Virus record (IMG/VR): IMGVR_UViG_3300025909_000005
DNA: 64,000 nucleotides
DNA from: a virus
Taxonomy: Duplodnaviria > Caudoviricetes
Reading direction: 5' to 3' (one strand)
Position numbers and translations under genes: made by a program. Below, one piece after another: positions 17,073-25,679 of this stretch; position 1 is the stretch's first letter; each line of letters starts with the position of its first letter. The notes below the pieces were generated by a model. That model did not search any database, was not told the DNA's origin, and saw only the letters and a list, made by a program, of their open reading frames with translations.

Positions 17073-17480
17073 ATGACAACACAGACCACTGATGAGGACT
17101 ACGGCGACGTCGTTGCTCTGCCAGCCATCGCCCTTGACACCACTGGTGCCACCTCTGACGCAGCTGTCGAAGTTGCACCAGACCCAGCCGTCTCGACCTC
17201 GGTCATGGCTGAAATCAGCAACACCTCCTACGGTGGTTCAGATGACCTGGCGATGTTCGACATCGTCTTCACTGTCAGCTGCTACGGACAAGGTGACAGC
17301 AAGACCTTCAAGGTTGTGAAGCGCATCTCCGTTTCCAAGTCGAAGCTGCTTGCCGACGCGACTGGAGCCACCTCCCAAACGGTCGAATCTCAAGAAGATG
17401 AGACACCGGAACCAACCGTTGAGACTGGCAAGCCACGCTACAATCTCGAACGCCTCAAGGCCCTCTCCGGTCTCAAGTAA
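17073..17480 (+). CDS. Acidic late protein ending LERLKALSGLK
   Basis: 135 aa with a GGAGA SD. Confidence 0.75.
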   Translation: MTTQTTDEDYGDVVALPAIALDTTGATSDAAVEVAPDPAVSTSVMAEISNTSYGGSDDLAMFDIVFTVSCYGQGDSKTFKVVKRISVSKSKLLADATGATSQTVESQEDETPEPTVETGKPRYNLERLKALSGLK

Positions 17481-17488
17481 GGAATCCC

Positions 17489-18142
17489 ATGGCCAAGATC
17501 ATTATCATCGCCCCATCTGACGCAGACGTTGACGACGCAGTCAAGCTCCTCAAGAACGCAGGTAACGACGTTGACGTCGAATCCCCTGACGGCAAGGCGC
17601 TTCTCCACATTCTCCTCGGCCTCATGAGCCCGTCTGCCTACGGCTTCGGTGCCGCCTATACCATCGGTCAAGTGAACCCAGGTTCCGACGATGACGACAG
17701 CGGTGACGACGATGACAAGGGCGGCAAGAAGGACAAGGGTGACGATGACACTCCTGCTCCAAAGGACGATGACAAGGGCAGTAAGGACGATGACACGTCT
17801 ACTGACGACAGCGGCTCGGATGCGGGTGGCGGTGACGACTTCAACTTCGAAGCTCTGAACCTCGCGACGACCGTTGACGGTGAGCGCATCCTAGCTGAGC
17901 GAGTCAAGTCCCCAACCTCTACGCTGCTCGTTCAAGAGCTCAAGACAGGTTCCAAGACCACGTATCAATTGAATGAGAGCATCTTCTCATTCTACCCGAC
18001 AGATGCCTCGAAGCTCGTTCAGCGCATTGACCTGAAGATCGAAGGCAAGCCAGGTCAGTCTCACGAGATCGCTATCGCGAAGTCAGAAGACGGCAAGGCC
18101 AAGATCCTGGTGGGTGACGACCTCGCAGACCTCTACAAGTGA
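17489..18142 (+). CDS. Acidic hypothetical protein with a D/G/K low-complexity linker
   Basis: 217 aa with an AAGGA SD. Confidence 0.75.
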   Translation: MAKIIIIAPSDADVDDAVKLLKNAGNDVDVESPDGKALLHILLGLMSPSAYGFGAAYTIGQVNPGSDDDDSGDDDDKGGKKDKGDDDTPAPKDDDKGSKDDDTSTDDSGSDAGGGDDFNFEALNLATTVDGERILAERVKSPTSTLLVQELKTGSKTTYQLNESIFSFYPTDASKLVQRIDLKIEGKPGQSHEIAIAKSEDGKAKILVGDDLADLYK

Positions 18143-18321
18143 AGATCAGCACAGGTCCTAAGATTCCACTTGACGGTGAAACAGGTGACCGTTGGTTGGA
18201 CAAAGACTGGAAAGATGGTCCAGTTTGGAGGATCTGTGATCGCTGGACCGCGGGTTCGCGGGTTTGGTCAATCGAAAAGAAGTCCCTAAAGAAACATACG
18301 CATAATGACAAAAAGCCATAG
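18139..18321 (+). CDS. Possible small hypothetical protein
   Basis: GTGA overlap and fills the gap to 18305; atypical codon usage. Confidence 0.4.
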   Translation: MKISTGPKIPLDGETGDRWLDKDWKDGPVWRICDRWTAGSRVWSIEKKSLKKHTHNDKKP

Positions 18322-18949
18322 CCCGTTCCATGTAGTCGAGGACTTCCTGTCCCCTGCATTCTGCGAGCACGTGATCAAAGAGTACGGCATCGCCGTTCCA
18401 TCTCTCGATGACAAGGAAAAGCCCATCAAGAATGAGCGCTTCACTGACATTGAGATCCTTGCCACTGTGCAGGATGGCCTGTACGAGCACCTCGCTGACA
18501 TTCAAGGTCGGTACAAGGGGCTCGCCAAGGAAATGGGTGACAAGACACCAATCTTCCGACAGTACTTTGAGAATCCCAAGGACGCAGCTGAACCGCACGG
18601 CTGCGAAGCCTTCACCTACTTCCGAAAGAAGTGGATCCAGAGCAAAGACGTTCACCTCGTTGGGTACATCTGGCTCAAGGACTACGGCAACGGTGTTCCG
18701 CTTGATCCACGCTTTGAGGTCTACGGTGGCAAGCTCGAGTTTCCTGGCTACGACTTCTCCCTGATCCCACAGCGCGGTACCCTCGTGCTGTTCCCTGCGG
18801 ATCCACACTTCATCACAGCCATCTCACCAATCCTGGTCGGCAGCCTTGAGCTGTTGAAGATCAGCATCAAGTTGGAGAACGCAGATGGCACTCACTGGCT
18901 CTACCAGCCAGCGAACTTCCCTGGCACCTACCAAGATTGGTTTGAATAA
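18305..18949 (+). CDS. 2OG-Fe(II) oxygenase-fold protein (degenerate active site)
   Basis: GGKLEFP and PQRGTLVLFPA double-stranded beta-helix signatures. Confidence 0.65.
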   Translation: MTKSHSPFHVVEDFLSPAFCEHVIKEYGIAVPSLDDKEKPIKNERFTDIEILATVQDGLYEHLADIQGRYKGLAKEMGDKTPIFRQYFENPKDAAEPHGCEAFTYFRKKWIQSKDVHLVGYIWLKDYGNGVPLDPRFEVYGGKLEFPGYDFSLIPQRGTLVLFPADPHFITAISPILVGSLELLKISIKLENADGTHWLYQPANFPGTYQDWFE

Positions 18950-19356
18950 TGGCATCTCTAGCAGACTTTGGCGTTCCTGGCTCCGGCTCTGGCATCCTTC
19001 ACCCGCTGATGGCCTACCGTTGGCGCATCATGTTTCCAGGTGCAGAGCTTATCACCGCGCAGGCGACGAAGATTGAGCTTGACCTCATCAACTGCTCCTT
19101 CACGCTCTACGCTGAGCAGCCGGCGATCAATGCAGAGAAGTTCCTGCATCAGATCACCAAGATCGGTGCTCGAAAGAGCGCAGGAAGCACGCGCTTCTCG
19201 ATCGATTTCTTGGATGGATCTGACGGTGTTCTGAGCCAAATCGAAGGCTACACCAAGATGCTATCGCATCAGTTCGTTCTGGACTACGCGAACACTGGCG
19301 TTGCTACGCACGTCATGAAGTTCGAGTACAACCCAGGCTCAGCGAACATTCAGTAA
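18949..19356 (+). CDS. Divergent tail-tube-like paralogue
   Basis: N-terminus MASLADFGVPGSGSGILHP...RWRIMF recalls jumbo-myophage tail tube N-termini (from memory, not searched). Confidence 0.45.
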   Translation: MASLADFGVPGSGSGILHPLMAYRWRIMFPGAELITAQATKIELDLINCSFTLYAEQPAINAEKFLHQITKIGARKSAGSTRFSIDFLDGSDGVLSQIEGYTKMLSHQFVLDYANTGVATHVMKFEYNPGSANIQ

Positions 19357-20291
19357 GGCTTCCAGTCCCCTTGGACTGAGTTGCTCCCTACCCATTCGTA
19401 GACGGTGTTGACATTGATCAGCGAGCCGTCGTACGCCTCACCGTAGTTCACGAACACGAGTGAGCGAATTGGGCCTGTCCGTTCCTGCACGGGAGTGCTA
19501 GGAAGGCCATCGCCGCCTGCGAGGTAGGTGTCGCCAAACGGAGTCAGGAACTCGGCATCCGATCCATCATCCTGAACGTCTGCGTTGGGGATCTGGGTGA
19601 CGTCAGTCGCTCCTACACCGGTCGAGCCTGGCGCAGAGTAGGCTCGTCTACCCATCATTTCGATCCACGGATTGTCAGCGTTGATCTTCGTTCGAAGGTC
19701 GTCGATGTCCCATCCCGTCTGAGGCGTTCCTCCGGGATCCGGCTGACCGTCACTTGTCGTGGGCGTCACTGTTTTTGCCACCAAATCGTACGTACGGGTG
19801 CGAGCTTGAATCGAAACGGTGTCGGTTGGGTTGATAACCGCAGTGTCCGGGGTGAGTTGAAGCCCTAGCTTGCTCGGAACGTAGAAAAGCTTGGTCCACG
19901 TAAACGGCTGCACTGAGACGATTTCGGGCGCTATCTTGCCACTAATGCTATAATTCGTGACGCGCCAGTTGCCGTCAACGTAGTCAATGATGTACTCGTC
20001 ATGCCACGTCAGCTGCTGGTCTAGAGAAAGAACAGACACCGGCCCCGTGACGTTCTCCTCAAACTTCGTATTGTGGTTCGTGACGACACACTTGCCTGTG
20101 AGCTCCCCACCATCTGGTGTCCACTCAAAGACCTCAATCGAGATGTTGTTGCCAGGAGCTCCGACGTCACGGGCACGGAAGTACGTGCCACCAGCCCAAA
20201 GACGGGCGCGGCGGGAGTTGTGTTGCTTGATATGGGGGTCGCCTCCTACGGCTGGAACGTAGGAGTACGTAGGCATCAATCCACTTGGCAT
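19350..20291 (-). CDS. Putative virion structural protein
   Basis: Real start likely ATG 20291 (TAATG overlap with the PAAR gene); beta-rich, Thr/Pro-rich. Confidence 0.65.
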   Translation of the reverse strand: MPSGLMPTYSYVPAVGGDPHIKQHNSRRARLWAGGTYFRARDVGAPGNNISIEVFEWTPDGGELTGKCVVTNHNTKFEENVTGPVSVLSLDQQLTWHDEYIIDYVDGNWRVTNYSISGKIAPEIVSVQPFTWTKLFYVPSKLGLQLTPDTAVINPTDTVSIQARTRTYDLVAKTVTPTTSDGQPDPGGTPQTGWDIDDLRTKINADNPWIEMMGRRAYSAPGSTGVGATDVTQIPNADVQDDGSDAEFLTPFGDTYLAGGDGLPSTPVQERTGPIRSLVFVNYGEAYDGSLINVNTVYEWVGSNSVQGDWKPY

Positions 20292-20587
20292 TAGGCCTCG
20301 AATGAAACAGTTGCGGCCCCTGAGCTTGCCACACCATCGTGGCAGTGCTTGTGGCAGCAGTGGCGTGAAATCTTGGTCTTGCCGTTCAACGCCACAGGTT
20401 GATTGTTTACGAACACAGTGGACGTCCAAGGACCGATGAAGACGGTTGGTGGAAAGCAGCCGTGACCTGTCGTGTTCGGCTTTCCCTTGTGCGTGATCGG
20501 CATGCCGTTGGCGAAGACGTTGGCAGACCCGACCGCTGAGTGGTCTCCACAAGTTACAGAATCTCCGATGCGAACGACGTTTCCCAT
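20291..20587 (-). CDS. PAAR-domain spike tip protein (gp5.4-like)
   Basis: RIGDSVTCG...GSANVFANGMP...STVFVNNQPVA...CHD pattern. Confidence 0.88.
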   Translation of the reverse strand: MGNVVRIGDSVTCGDHSAVGSANVFANGMPITHKGKPNTTGHGCFPPTVFIGPWTSTVFVNNQPVALNGKTKISRHCCHKHCHDGVASSGAATVSFEA

Positions 20588-20607
20588 GCTGTTCCTAAGT
20601 TGTAGTG

Positions 20608-20614
20608 TATTTAT
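20608..20614 (-). promoter_or_regulatory. Late promoter ATAAATA
   Basis: TATTTAT on the + strand, 20 nt upstream of the PAAR start. Confidence 0.75.
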
Positions 20615-20618
20615 CGGG

Positions 20619-20634
20619 ACACGTGTGTTAAAAT
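20619..20634 (+). promoter_or_regulatory. Extended -10 promoter of the early island (leaderless candidate)
   Basis: ACACGTGTGT-TAAAAT, 6 nt before ATG 20641; divergent from the late promoter. Confidence 0.6.
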
Positions 20635-20640
20635 GGGCTC

Positions 20641-20844
20641 ATGCCAACAGTACAGCCACTCTTCGGAGTGAACAGCCAGGCAGAGATCGACGTTGACTCT
20701 CTGACCTCAATGGATGCCATCGAGTTCGCCGCGCAAGCTGCGTCCGCTGGCCTGTACGTGCGCTTCTTCGCCAAGGACGATAACCTCTGGGCAATCGTCG
20801 TTGGCCCCTTCGATGAACTGTCCGACTTCCTGACAACGCTATGA
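20641..20844 (+). CDS. Hypothetical protein
   Basis: 67 aa; first gene of the coupled island. Confidence 0.7.
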   Translation: MPTVQPLFGVNSQAEIDVDSLTSMDAIEFAAQAASAGLYVRFFAKDDNLWAIVVGPFDELSDFLTTL

Positions 20845-21209
20845 AACTCCTCGAACTGCTCGACGCGCTCCATGCGGTTGCAAACGAGCAAGGCAACATC
20901 GACACGTTCCACGACGATGCCGAGTGGGGTATCGGATCGCTGAGCTTCAAGCTCGGAAAGATCATCGATCGCCCGAACGGCTCGATGACGTACAAGTCCC
21001 TGGTCTCTCAGGAGGACTACGAGTTCGCACTCGAAACGCTGGCAAACAAGCTGACGGCAGAGGAACTCGGGAAGATGTGGGATGAGTCGCCGGAAGCTGA
21101 GCGCTTTATGTCGCGTGAAGAGCTCATCAAGAACAACCTCCAGTTCCAGGCTGAGCAGGCAGATGTAGTGAAGCAGTACGAAGCTGCTCCTTGGTCGGTG
21201 GTGTTCTGA
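20841..21209 (+). CDS. Hypothetical protein
   Basis: 122 aa, ATGA overlap. Confidence 0.75.
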   Translation: MKLLELLDALHAVANEQGNIDTFHDDAEWGIGSLSFKLGKIIDRPNGSMTYKSLVSQEDYEFALETLANKLTAEELGKMWDESPEAERFMSREELIKNNLQFQAEQADVVKQYEAAPWSVVF

Positions 21210-21478
21210 TGAAACTATGGAAGCAAACCTGGCGGATCGTCAAGCTCTCCACGAAGGAGTACTTCGGCCCCATCTTCTGGTTCACGGCATGGGCGCTGTG
21301 GCTTCGCGGCCACGTCGAGTACCTCATGACGCGTTGCGTACCAGATTCCTGGACGTGGCTCGGTGAGACGATGGCCGAGGCCTACCTCGAGTCGATGCAC
21401 GATTCACAGGCCTTGCAGGAATGGGCCTGCAAGGACCTCGACGTGATTTTTCCAAAACTCTGGCCCTGGGGATTCTGA
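21209..21478 (+). CDS. Trp-rich hypothetical protein
   Basis: TGATG overlap; start re-assigned to 21209. Confidence 0.65.
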   Translation: MKLWKQTWRIVKLSTKEYFGPIFWFTAWALWLRGHVEYLMTRCVPDSWTWLGETMAEAYLESMHDSQALQEWACKDLDVIFPKLWPWGF

Positions 21479-21666
21479 TGGAAGACGCACAAATGATGGG
21501 AGCTGTCACGATCATCGTGGCCCTCCTTGGTCTCCTGATCGGTGGCTGTGTCGGTGTTCACCTCGAACACGGCTTCTCACCTGACTGCTGGTGGGGAGCA
21601 CTGATCGGCGCAGGCTGCGTGCTTGGCGTCTGCGGCGTCGACGCAGTCGGTGATGTGGACTGGTGA
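21478..21666 (+). CDS. Small two-helix membrane protein
   Basis: TGATG overlap; two Gly-rich hydrophobic segments. Confidence 0.65.
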   Translation: MEDAQMMGAVTIIVALLGLLIGGCVGVHLEHGFSPDCWWGALIGAGCVLGVCGVDAVGDVDW

Positions 21667-21827
21667 TGATCGCGACCTACGCCTTCTATGACCATCTGCC
21701 GGTGCCCTGCGAGGGAGACGATCCCATCGCCCGCTCCATGAGGGTCGAGACAACGGACGCTGAAAAGACCCGCGACCAGCTGCAAGAGGAGCACGGCGGG
21801 TGGATCCAAATCTGGGACATCGAATGA
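21666..21827 (+). CDS. Small hypothetical protein (not in ORF track)
   Basis: Manual translation MIATYAFYDHLPVP...IQIWDIE*, 53 aa, coupled at both ends. Confidence 0.6.
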   Translation: MIATYAFYDHLPVPCEGDDPIARSMRVETTDAEKTRDQLQEEHGGWIQIWDIE

Positions 21828-22069
21828 CACTTCAAGAACTCATCGACTTCTGCGATGCCGAAGGCATCAGCCGTGATACGCACATCGCAATGCGGGCGAA
21901 GGACGACTACCTGCTCGTTCCCGAGCGGATCGAGCTTGACTTCCCGTACTTCGGCAACTGCGAGTACGGTGACGAGGTGCTCGACGAAATCTGCCCACGA
22001 GATGAGGACGGTGAGCGTGACTACGACAACTCACCTGACTTCATCATCCTGAACACGGGGCGAGGATGA
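21824..22069 (+). CDS. Acidic hypothetical protein
   Basis: ATGA overlap; start re-assigned to 21824. Confidence 0.7.
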   Translation: MTLQELIDFCDAEGISRDTHIAMRAKDDYLLVPERIELDFPYFGNCEYGDEVLDEICPRDEDGERDYDNSPDFIILNTGRG

Positions 22070-22788
22070 AATCCGGTCGCAAGCACTACGTCATCAGCGA
22101 TGGCTCGCTGAGGGATGCCATTCGACACCATCGGCAGCGCCGCAAGTCGCTTGCAACTCCGATGAAACCGTGGGCGCGTGTCACGCTGGACGCGAACTAC
22201 AAGGTGGTCACTGGCCCAATCCAGATTCGCCAAGAAAACACGCGGTCTGGTATGGCACTGGCTGCGAAGAAGAACCGCGCCTGCATCTACCCGAAGCGAC
22301 CTCGCCTGCCGATGCAGAAAGCTTGGAGCGAGCGCATGAAGCCAGGCAATCAGAGCAGCGCGATCAGCCGATCATTTCGCATCAACTTCATGCCAACGAA
22401 GTCCATGCGTGACAAGCGGTACTACGACATCTTCCCTCTGTCGTACAACATTCCGCGATCGACTGCGCAGCACTTCGACAAGATCTTCATCGACCCGCGC
22501 AGCGAGTACAACCGCAAGAAGCAGTACGAGGCGTACATGAACCAGATCGTGGCAGACGGTCTGACGCGCACGCAGTTCAATTTTCGCCAGCGGGTGGAGG
22601 ACACGCGCCAGCGGTTGAGAGATGCTCAGGGCTTTGTCTTTGACGCCTCGAAGGAAGTAGAACACATAGAGGCTCAGTGCCCTCACGTGCTTGGCCCAAG
22701 CACAAATGGATCTGGCTTCGCGCCATGTCGCATCTGTGGCAGGGGCTTTGACGTGCAAACAATGCGGCCATGGCCGTCTGAAGGCTGA
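22066..22788 (+). CDS. Basic hypothetical protein with a C-terminal Zn-ribbon (CPH...CRIC)
   Basis: 240 aa, ATGA overlap. Confidence 0.65.
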   Translation: MKSGRKHYVISDGSLRDAIRHHRQRRKSLATPMKPWARVTLDANYKVVTGPIQIRQENTRSGMALAAKKNRACIYPKRPRLPMQKAWSERMKPGNQSSAISRSFRINFMPTKSMRDKRYYDIFPLSYNIPRSTAQHFDKIFIDPRSEYNRKKQYEAYMNQIVADGLTRTQFNFRQRVEDTRQRLRDAQGFVFDASKEVEHIEAQCPHVLGPSTNGSGFAPCRICGRGFDVQTMRPWPSEG

Positions 22789-22789
22789 C

Positions 22790-23101
22790 ATGAAAGGTGG
22801 ACCACAAGTGGTGAGCAAGCTCATCCCAACAAACACAGACCCGATCAAGGGAATGCTCGATCAGGAAATCAAGCCTGGCGATGCGGTGATCACCTTCACG
22901 AAGTACTACGGAGGTGCCAGGGTCTCGAAGGGAGTCTACCTCGGTTCACGTATCCTCTACATTCGTGGTGGCCGATGGGAAGAAACCCGCTACATCATCG
23001 AACGTGAAGAAGGAAAGCGTACTGAGGTGCACCACGCCAGCAACATCGTGCTTGCGAACACCCCACTGGCCGACCTTGATGGCGTAGGAGTCGGCTCTTA
23101 A
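22790..23101 (+). CDS. Hypothetical protein
   Basis: Start re-assigned to ATG 22790, just after the previous stop. Confidence 0.6.
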   Translation: MKGGPQVVSKLIPTNTDPIKGMLDQEIKPGDAVITFTKYYGGARVSKGVYLGSRILYIRGGRWEETRYIIEREEGKRTEVHHASNIVLANTPLADLDGVGVGS

Positions 23102-23691
23102 TCGTTCGGGTTGATCAGGATCGTCGGCGCGATGCCGTGCTTCTGGAACAGAACGTTACGCAGCATACCTGGGCTCAGTGTCGTCGTGTCAAACGAAAGA
23201 CCACCTGCTTCCCATGCACGTGCAGCCGTCTCAGAGCAGACTGCGCCTGACGTCGACGTGTGAACGTTGTCGTAGCCGAAGAACTCCTTCAGCGCAATCT
23301 TGGGCAGGTCTAGGAAGGAGTATGGAGTGCCAATGCCACTGAGCATGTACTCCTCTACCTTACGTTCATCGACAGAGTCAGGACGTGGCGTCACCTCGAA
23401 CTTGTGGTCCTTGAAGTGTTCCATCTTCATGAGTCGACGGCCGATACCGATTGCCTCGCAGCAGTAGAGGTACTTCTCACCTGTGCCCGACGTCATCCAC
23501 AGGGCGATGGCGCTGTGGAAGATCTTGGAACCACAGCCGTAGAGGATAGGTACCGTTGTGCAGCGGTGCAGCCAAGAGTCCTCGTGAGTGTCAAAGAACG
23601 AGAGGAGATCCCCGTTCTTGATCATGTCAACGCCGACGGCGAACGAGACTTGAACGGCTGGTGTTGGAGCAGTGGGAGAGAGCACTGACAT
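23098..23691 (-). CDS. Permuted papain-like NlpC/P60 amidase (YiiX/YebB-like)
   Basis: GDLL...HSAI...GTPYSF...VCSE...TLSPG order, with His preceding Cys. Confidence 0.8.
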   Translation of the reverse strand: MSVLSPTAPTPAVQVSFAVGVDMIKNGDLLSFFDTHEDSWLHRCTTVPILYGCGSKIFHSAIALWMTSGTGEKYLYCCEAIGIGRRLMKMEHFKDHKFEVTPRPDSVDERKVEEYMLSGIGTPYSFLDLPKIALKEFFGYDNVHTSTSGAVCSETAARAWEAGGLSFDTTTLSPGMLRNVLFQKHGIAPTILINPND

Positions 23692-23702
23692 AGGAAGGCC
23701 TT

Positions 23703-25289
23703 TTACAAAGATTGGACATATGCAAGAGACGCTCGTGCGCGCTTGAGCCAGCCAGCCAGATACTTGATCCGGTTAGGGTTCTTCGTGACAATGTTCTGCA
23801 TGAACTTGACGCGTGCCGTAGCCAGAGCCACGGCCGAGTCAGCATCACTGAGGGCGGCGATGTTCGCGTCCCTTAGAATGCTCGCGGCATTTCCATTTCC
23901 ATGGAGATAGTTGCAGTCGAAGAGCATGATTGCCGTCTTCGGCTTTGACGTTGCCAGGTCTGCAGGACCGTGGTTCAGCCAGTAGTTGTTGTAGCCGGTC
24001 TTCTTTGCAGGGTCATAGGGCATGGTCGTCACCTTGATAGATGGGTTCGGGCCCTGTGCGATGCCAAACTTCGTCTCACCACCTGGGAAGTTAGGTGTGT
24101 TGACGTAGCCGTCCTTCTTCTGTTGTGCTGTTGTTTCGATCAGACCAGCGGCAATCTCTGGATCTGAGGGTGAGCTTTGGGTCCACGCCGGACCAACCTC
24201 GTAGGTCATCGTGAAGTACCATGCACGCTCGAATGGATCCGTGATTGGTGACGATGGAACGTCAACAGGATCTGGAGCAGATGGGTCTCGTGGGTAATCT
24301 GGGCCAAAGGCCGCGCAGCCGTTCTGCTTTGCGTCTACGGTCTGCGGTGTGAGAACGCCGTTTTGAGTTTGAGGGGTGATCGTGCCCTTCGCGGTGTTGT
24401 CTGGGTTCGTGGCCTGTGCGACCTTGACCTGGCCACGAATGTACGGCAGTGGGTCAGTGATCATGCCGCTTGGCAAGAACATCTGGAAGTGGAGGTGCGG
24501 GCCCGTGGAAACACCGGTGTTGCCTTCCTTGCCGATCTTCTGACCAGCTACGACCTTCTGATCCTGCGCCACGTAGATCGAATCCAAGTGGCAGTACATC
24601 GTCGTGCAGAGGTGCTTACCTTGGCCGTTCAGGTGCTTGACCTTGATGTAGTTGCCTTCTGCACCACCTTGACCAGCAAAGATCACGACACCATCCGCGG
24701 CAGCAAGCACGTCGGCAGGCGGCAGCGGCTTCACAGAGAAGTCCACGCCATGGTGGTTGCTCGAGGCGCCAGTCGTTGGTGAGACACGAGGACCGAAGCG
24801 AGAGCTCACGTGCGCACCAGGCAGCGGGTGGACGAACGTGATGTCGTTCTTGCCAGTGCTTGGAGTTGCCGAGAAGGTGAAGGAGCGTGAGTCAACTACG
24901 CCTGCGTCGTCTGAGACGGTGACGAGCAGCGTGATTGGCTTGCCTTGAGCAGAGAGTGGGAACGTACCTGAGAGCAGACCTTGCGGGGTGAGCGTGATGC
25001 CTGACCAGCTTTGATCCATCGTCCAAGTCAGGTTGATGCTGTCAGAGCCAGGCGTCATCGTGAACTGCACGCTGACCGAGCAGTCAGCATGAACAGGAAT
25101 CTCGGTGTTCAGGATCTTGTTCTTCGGGTAGTCTGTCTTGTCGTCAAGCAGACCCGTGTCATTGCCAGACCGGGCCGCGTAGCAGTCAGCGCTCTCTCCT
25201 GGAAGGATCGAGGTGTCCTGTGCGTGGTAGTCAGCGTTGCTTGACCCACCGACAGAAATCTTGGGAACTTCTGGGCAGCACGCGGCCAT
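23703..25289 (-). CDS. Multi-domain lysin: Ig-like + M23 peptidase + GH108-like muramidase + PG-binding
   Basis: M23 motifs HHGVD, YCHL and STGPHLHF; GH108 motif GGETKFGI; C-terminal YLAGWLKR. Confidence 0.82.
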   Translation of the reverse strand: MAACCPEVPKISVGGSSNADYHAQDTSILPGESADCYAARSGNDTGLLDDKTDYPKNKILNTEIPVHADCSVSVQFTMTPGSDSINLTWTMDQSWSGITLTPQGLLSGTFPLSAQGKPITLLVTVSDDAGVVDSRSFTFSATPSTGKNDITFVHPLPGAHVSSRFGPRVSPTTGASSNHHGVDFSVKPLPPADVLAAADGVVIFAGQGGAEGNYIKVKHLNGQGKHLCTTMYCHLDSIYVAQDQKVVAGQKIGKEGNTGVSTGPHLHFQMFLPSGMITDPLPYIRGQVKVAQATNPDNTAKGTITPQTQNGVLTPQTVDAKQNGCAAFGPDYPRDPSAPDPVDVPSSPITDPFERAWYFTMTYEVGPAWTQSSPSDPEIAAGLIETTAQQKKDGYVNTPNFPGGETKFGIAQGPNPSIKVTTMPYDPAKKTGYNNYWLNHGPADLATSKPKTAIMLFDCNYLHGNGNAASILRDANIAALSDADSAVALATARVKFMQNIVTKNPNRIKYLAGWLKRARASLAYVQSL

Positions 25290-25679
25290 TTAGTGAACCT
25301 TAGTAGGCTTCATCTGAATTGTGATCCATGCAATACGAGGACCCTCTGAAAAGTGCATGCTCATGTGAAGTGGCAGACTTTTCTGTAGGTCCTTTATTGC
25401 TGCGCGGAGGCTCGCCTGCATGTCAACATCGTCTGAAACAGCGGTAACTTTTAGAGTTTGCGAGTCATGATCTTTCTCGTGGCGTGCTGACGTTCCAGCG
25501 TCGCTGTACGTGTCGTCCAGGAGTAGATTGTATTTTCGAAGAATCTTGCGCGCGCCCTTAGTCATCTCAACACCCCACTTGTCGAGACGACCAGTGAAGT
25601 GACCAAATTCTTCAGGTGCGTTCTCGTCGTAGTCCTTCGAGAGATCCTTCAGGCCTTCAAGAAGCTCATCAAGTTTCAT
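25290..25679 (-). CDS. Putative head-packaged protein (MKLDELLE|GLKDLSKDYD)
   Basis: Family leader plus the LKDLxKDYD motif; inserted between spanin and lysin. Confidence 0.65.
   Translation of the reverse strand: MKLDELLEGLKDLSKDYDENAPEEFGHFTGRLDKWGVEMTKGARKILRKYNLLLDDTYSDAGTSARHEKDHDSQTLKVTAVSDDVDMQASLRAAIKDLQKSLPLHMSMHFSEGPRIAWITIQMKPTKVH

Noticed and set aside
19350-20552. 400-aa ORF as annotated, and similar upstream-extended ORFs (10344, 9558, 15237, 53677, 59099, 59799)
   Set aside because: The extensions overlap other real genes; downstream starts with stop/start coupling or an SD were used instead.
20841-21209. MKLLELLD as a member of the capsid-targeting leader family
   Set aside because: Ends in Asp rather than the Glu needed for cleavage, and sits in an early-promoter island; probably coincidental.
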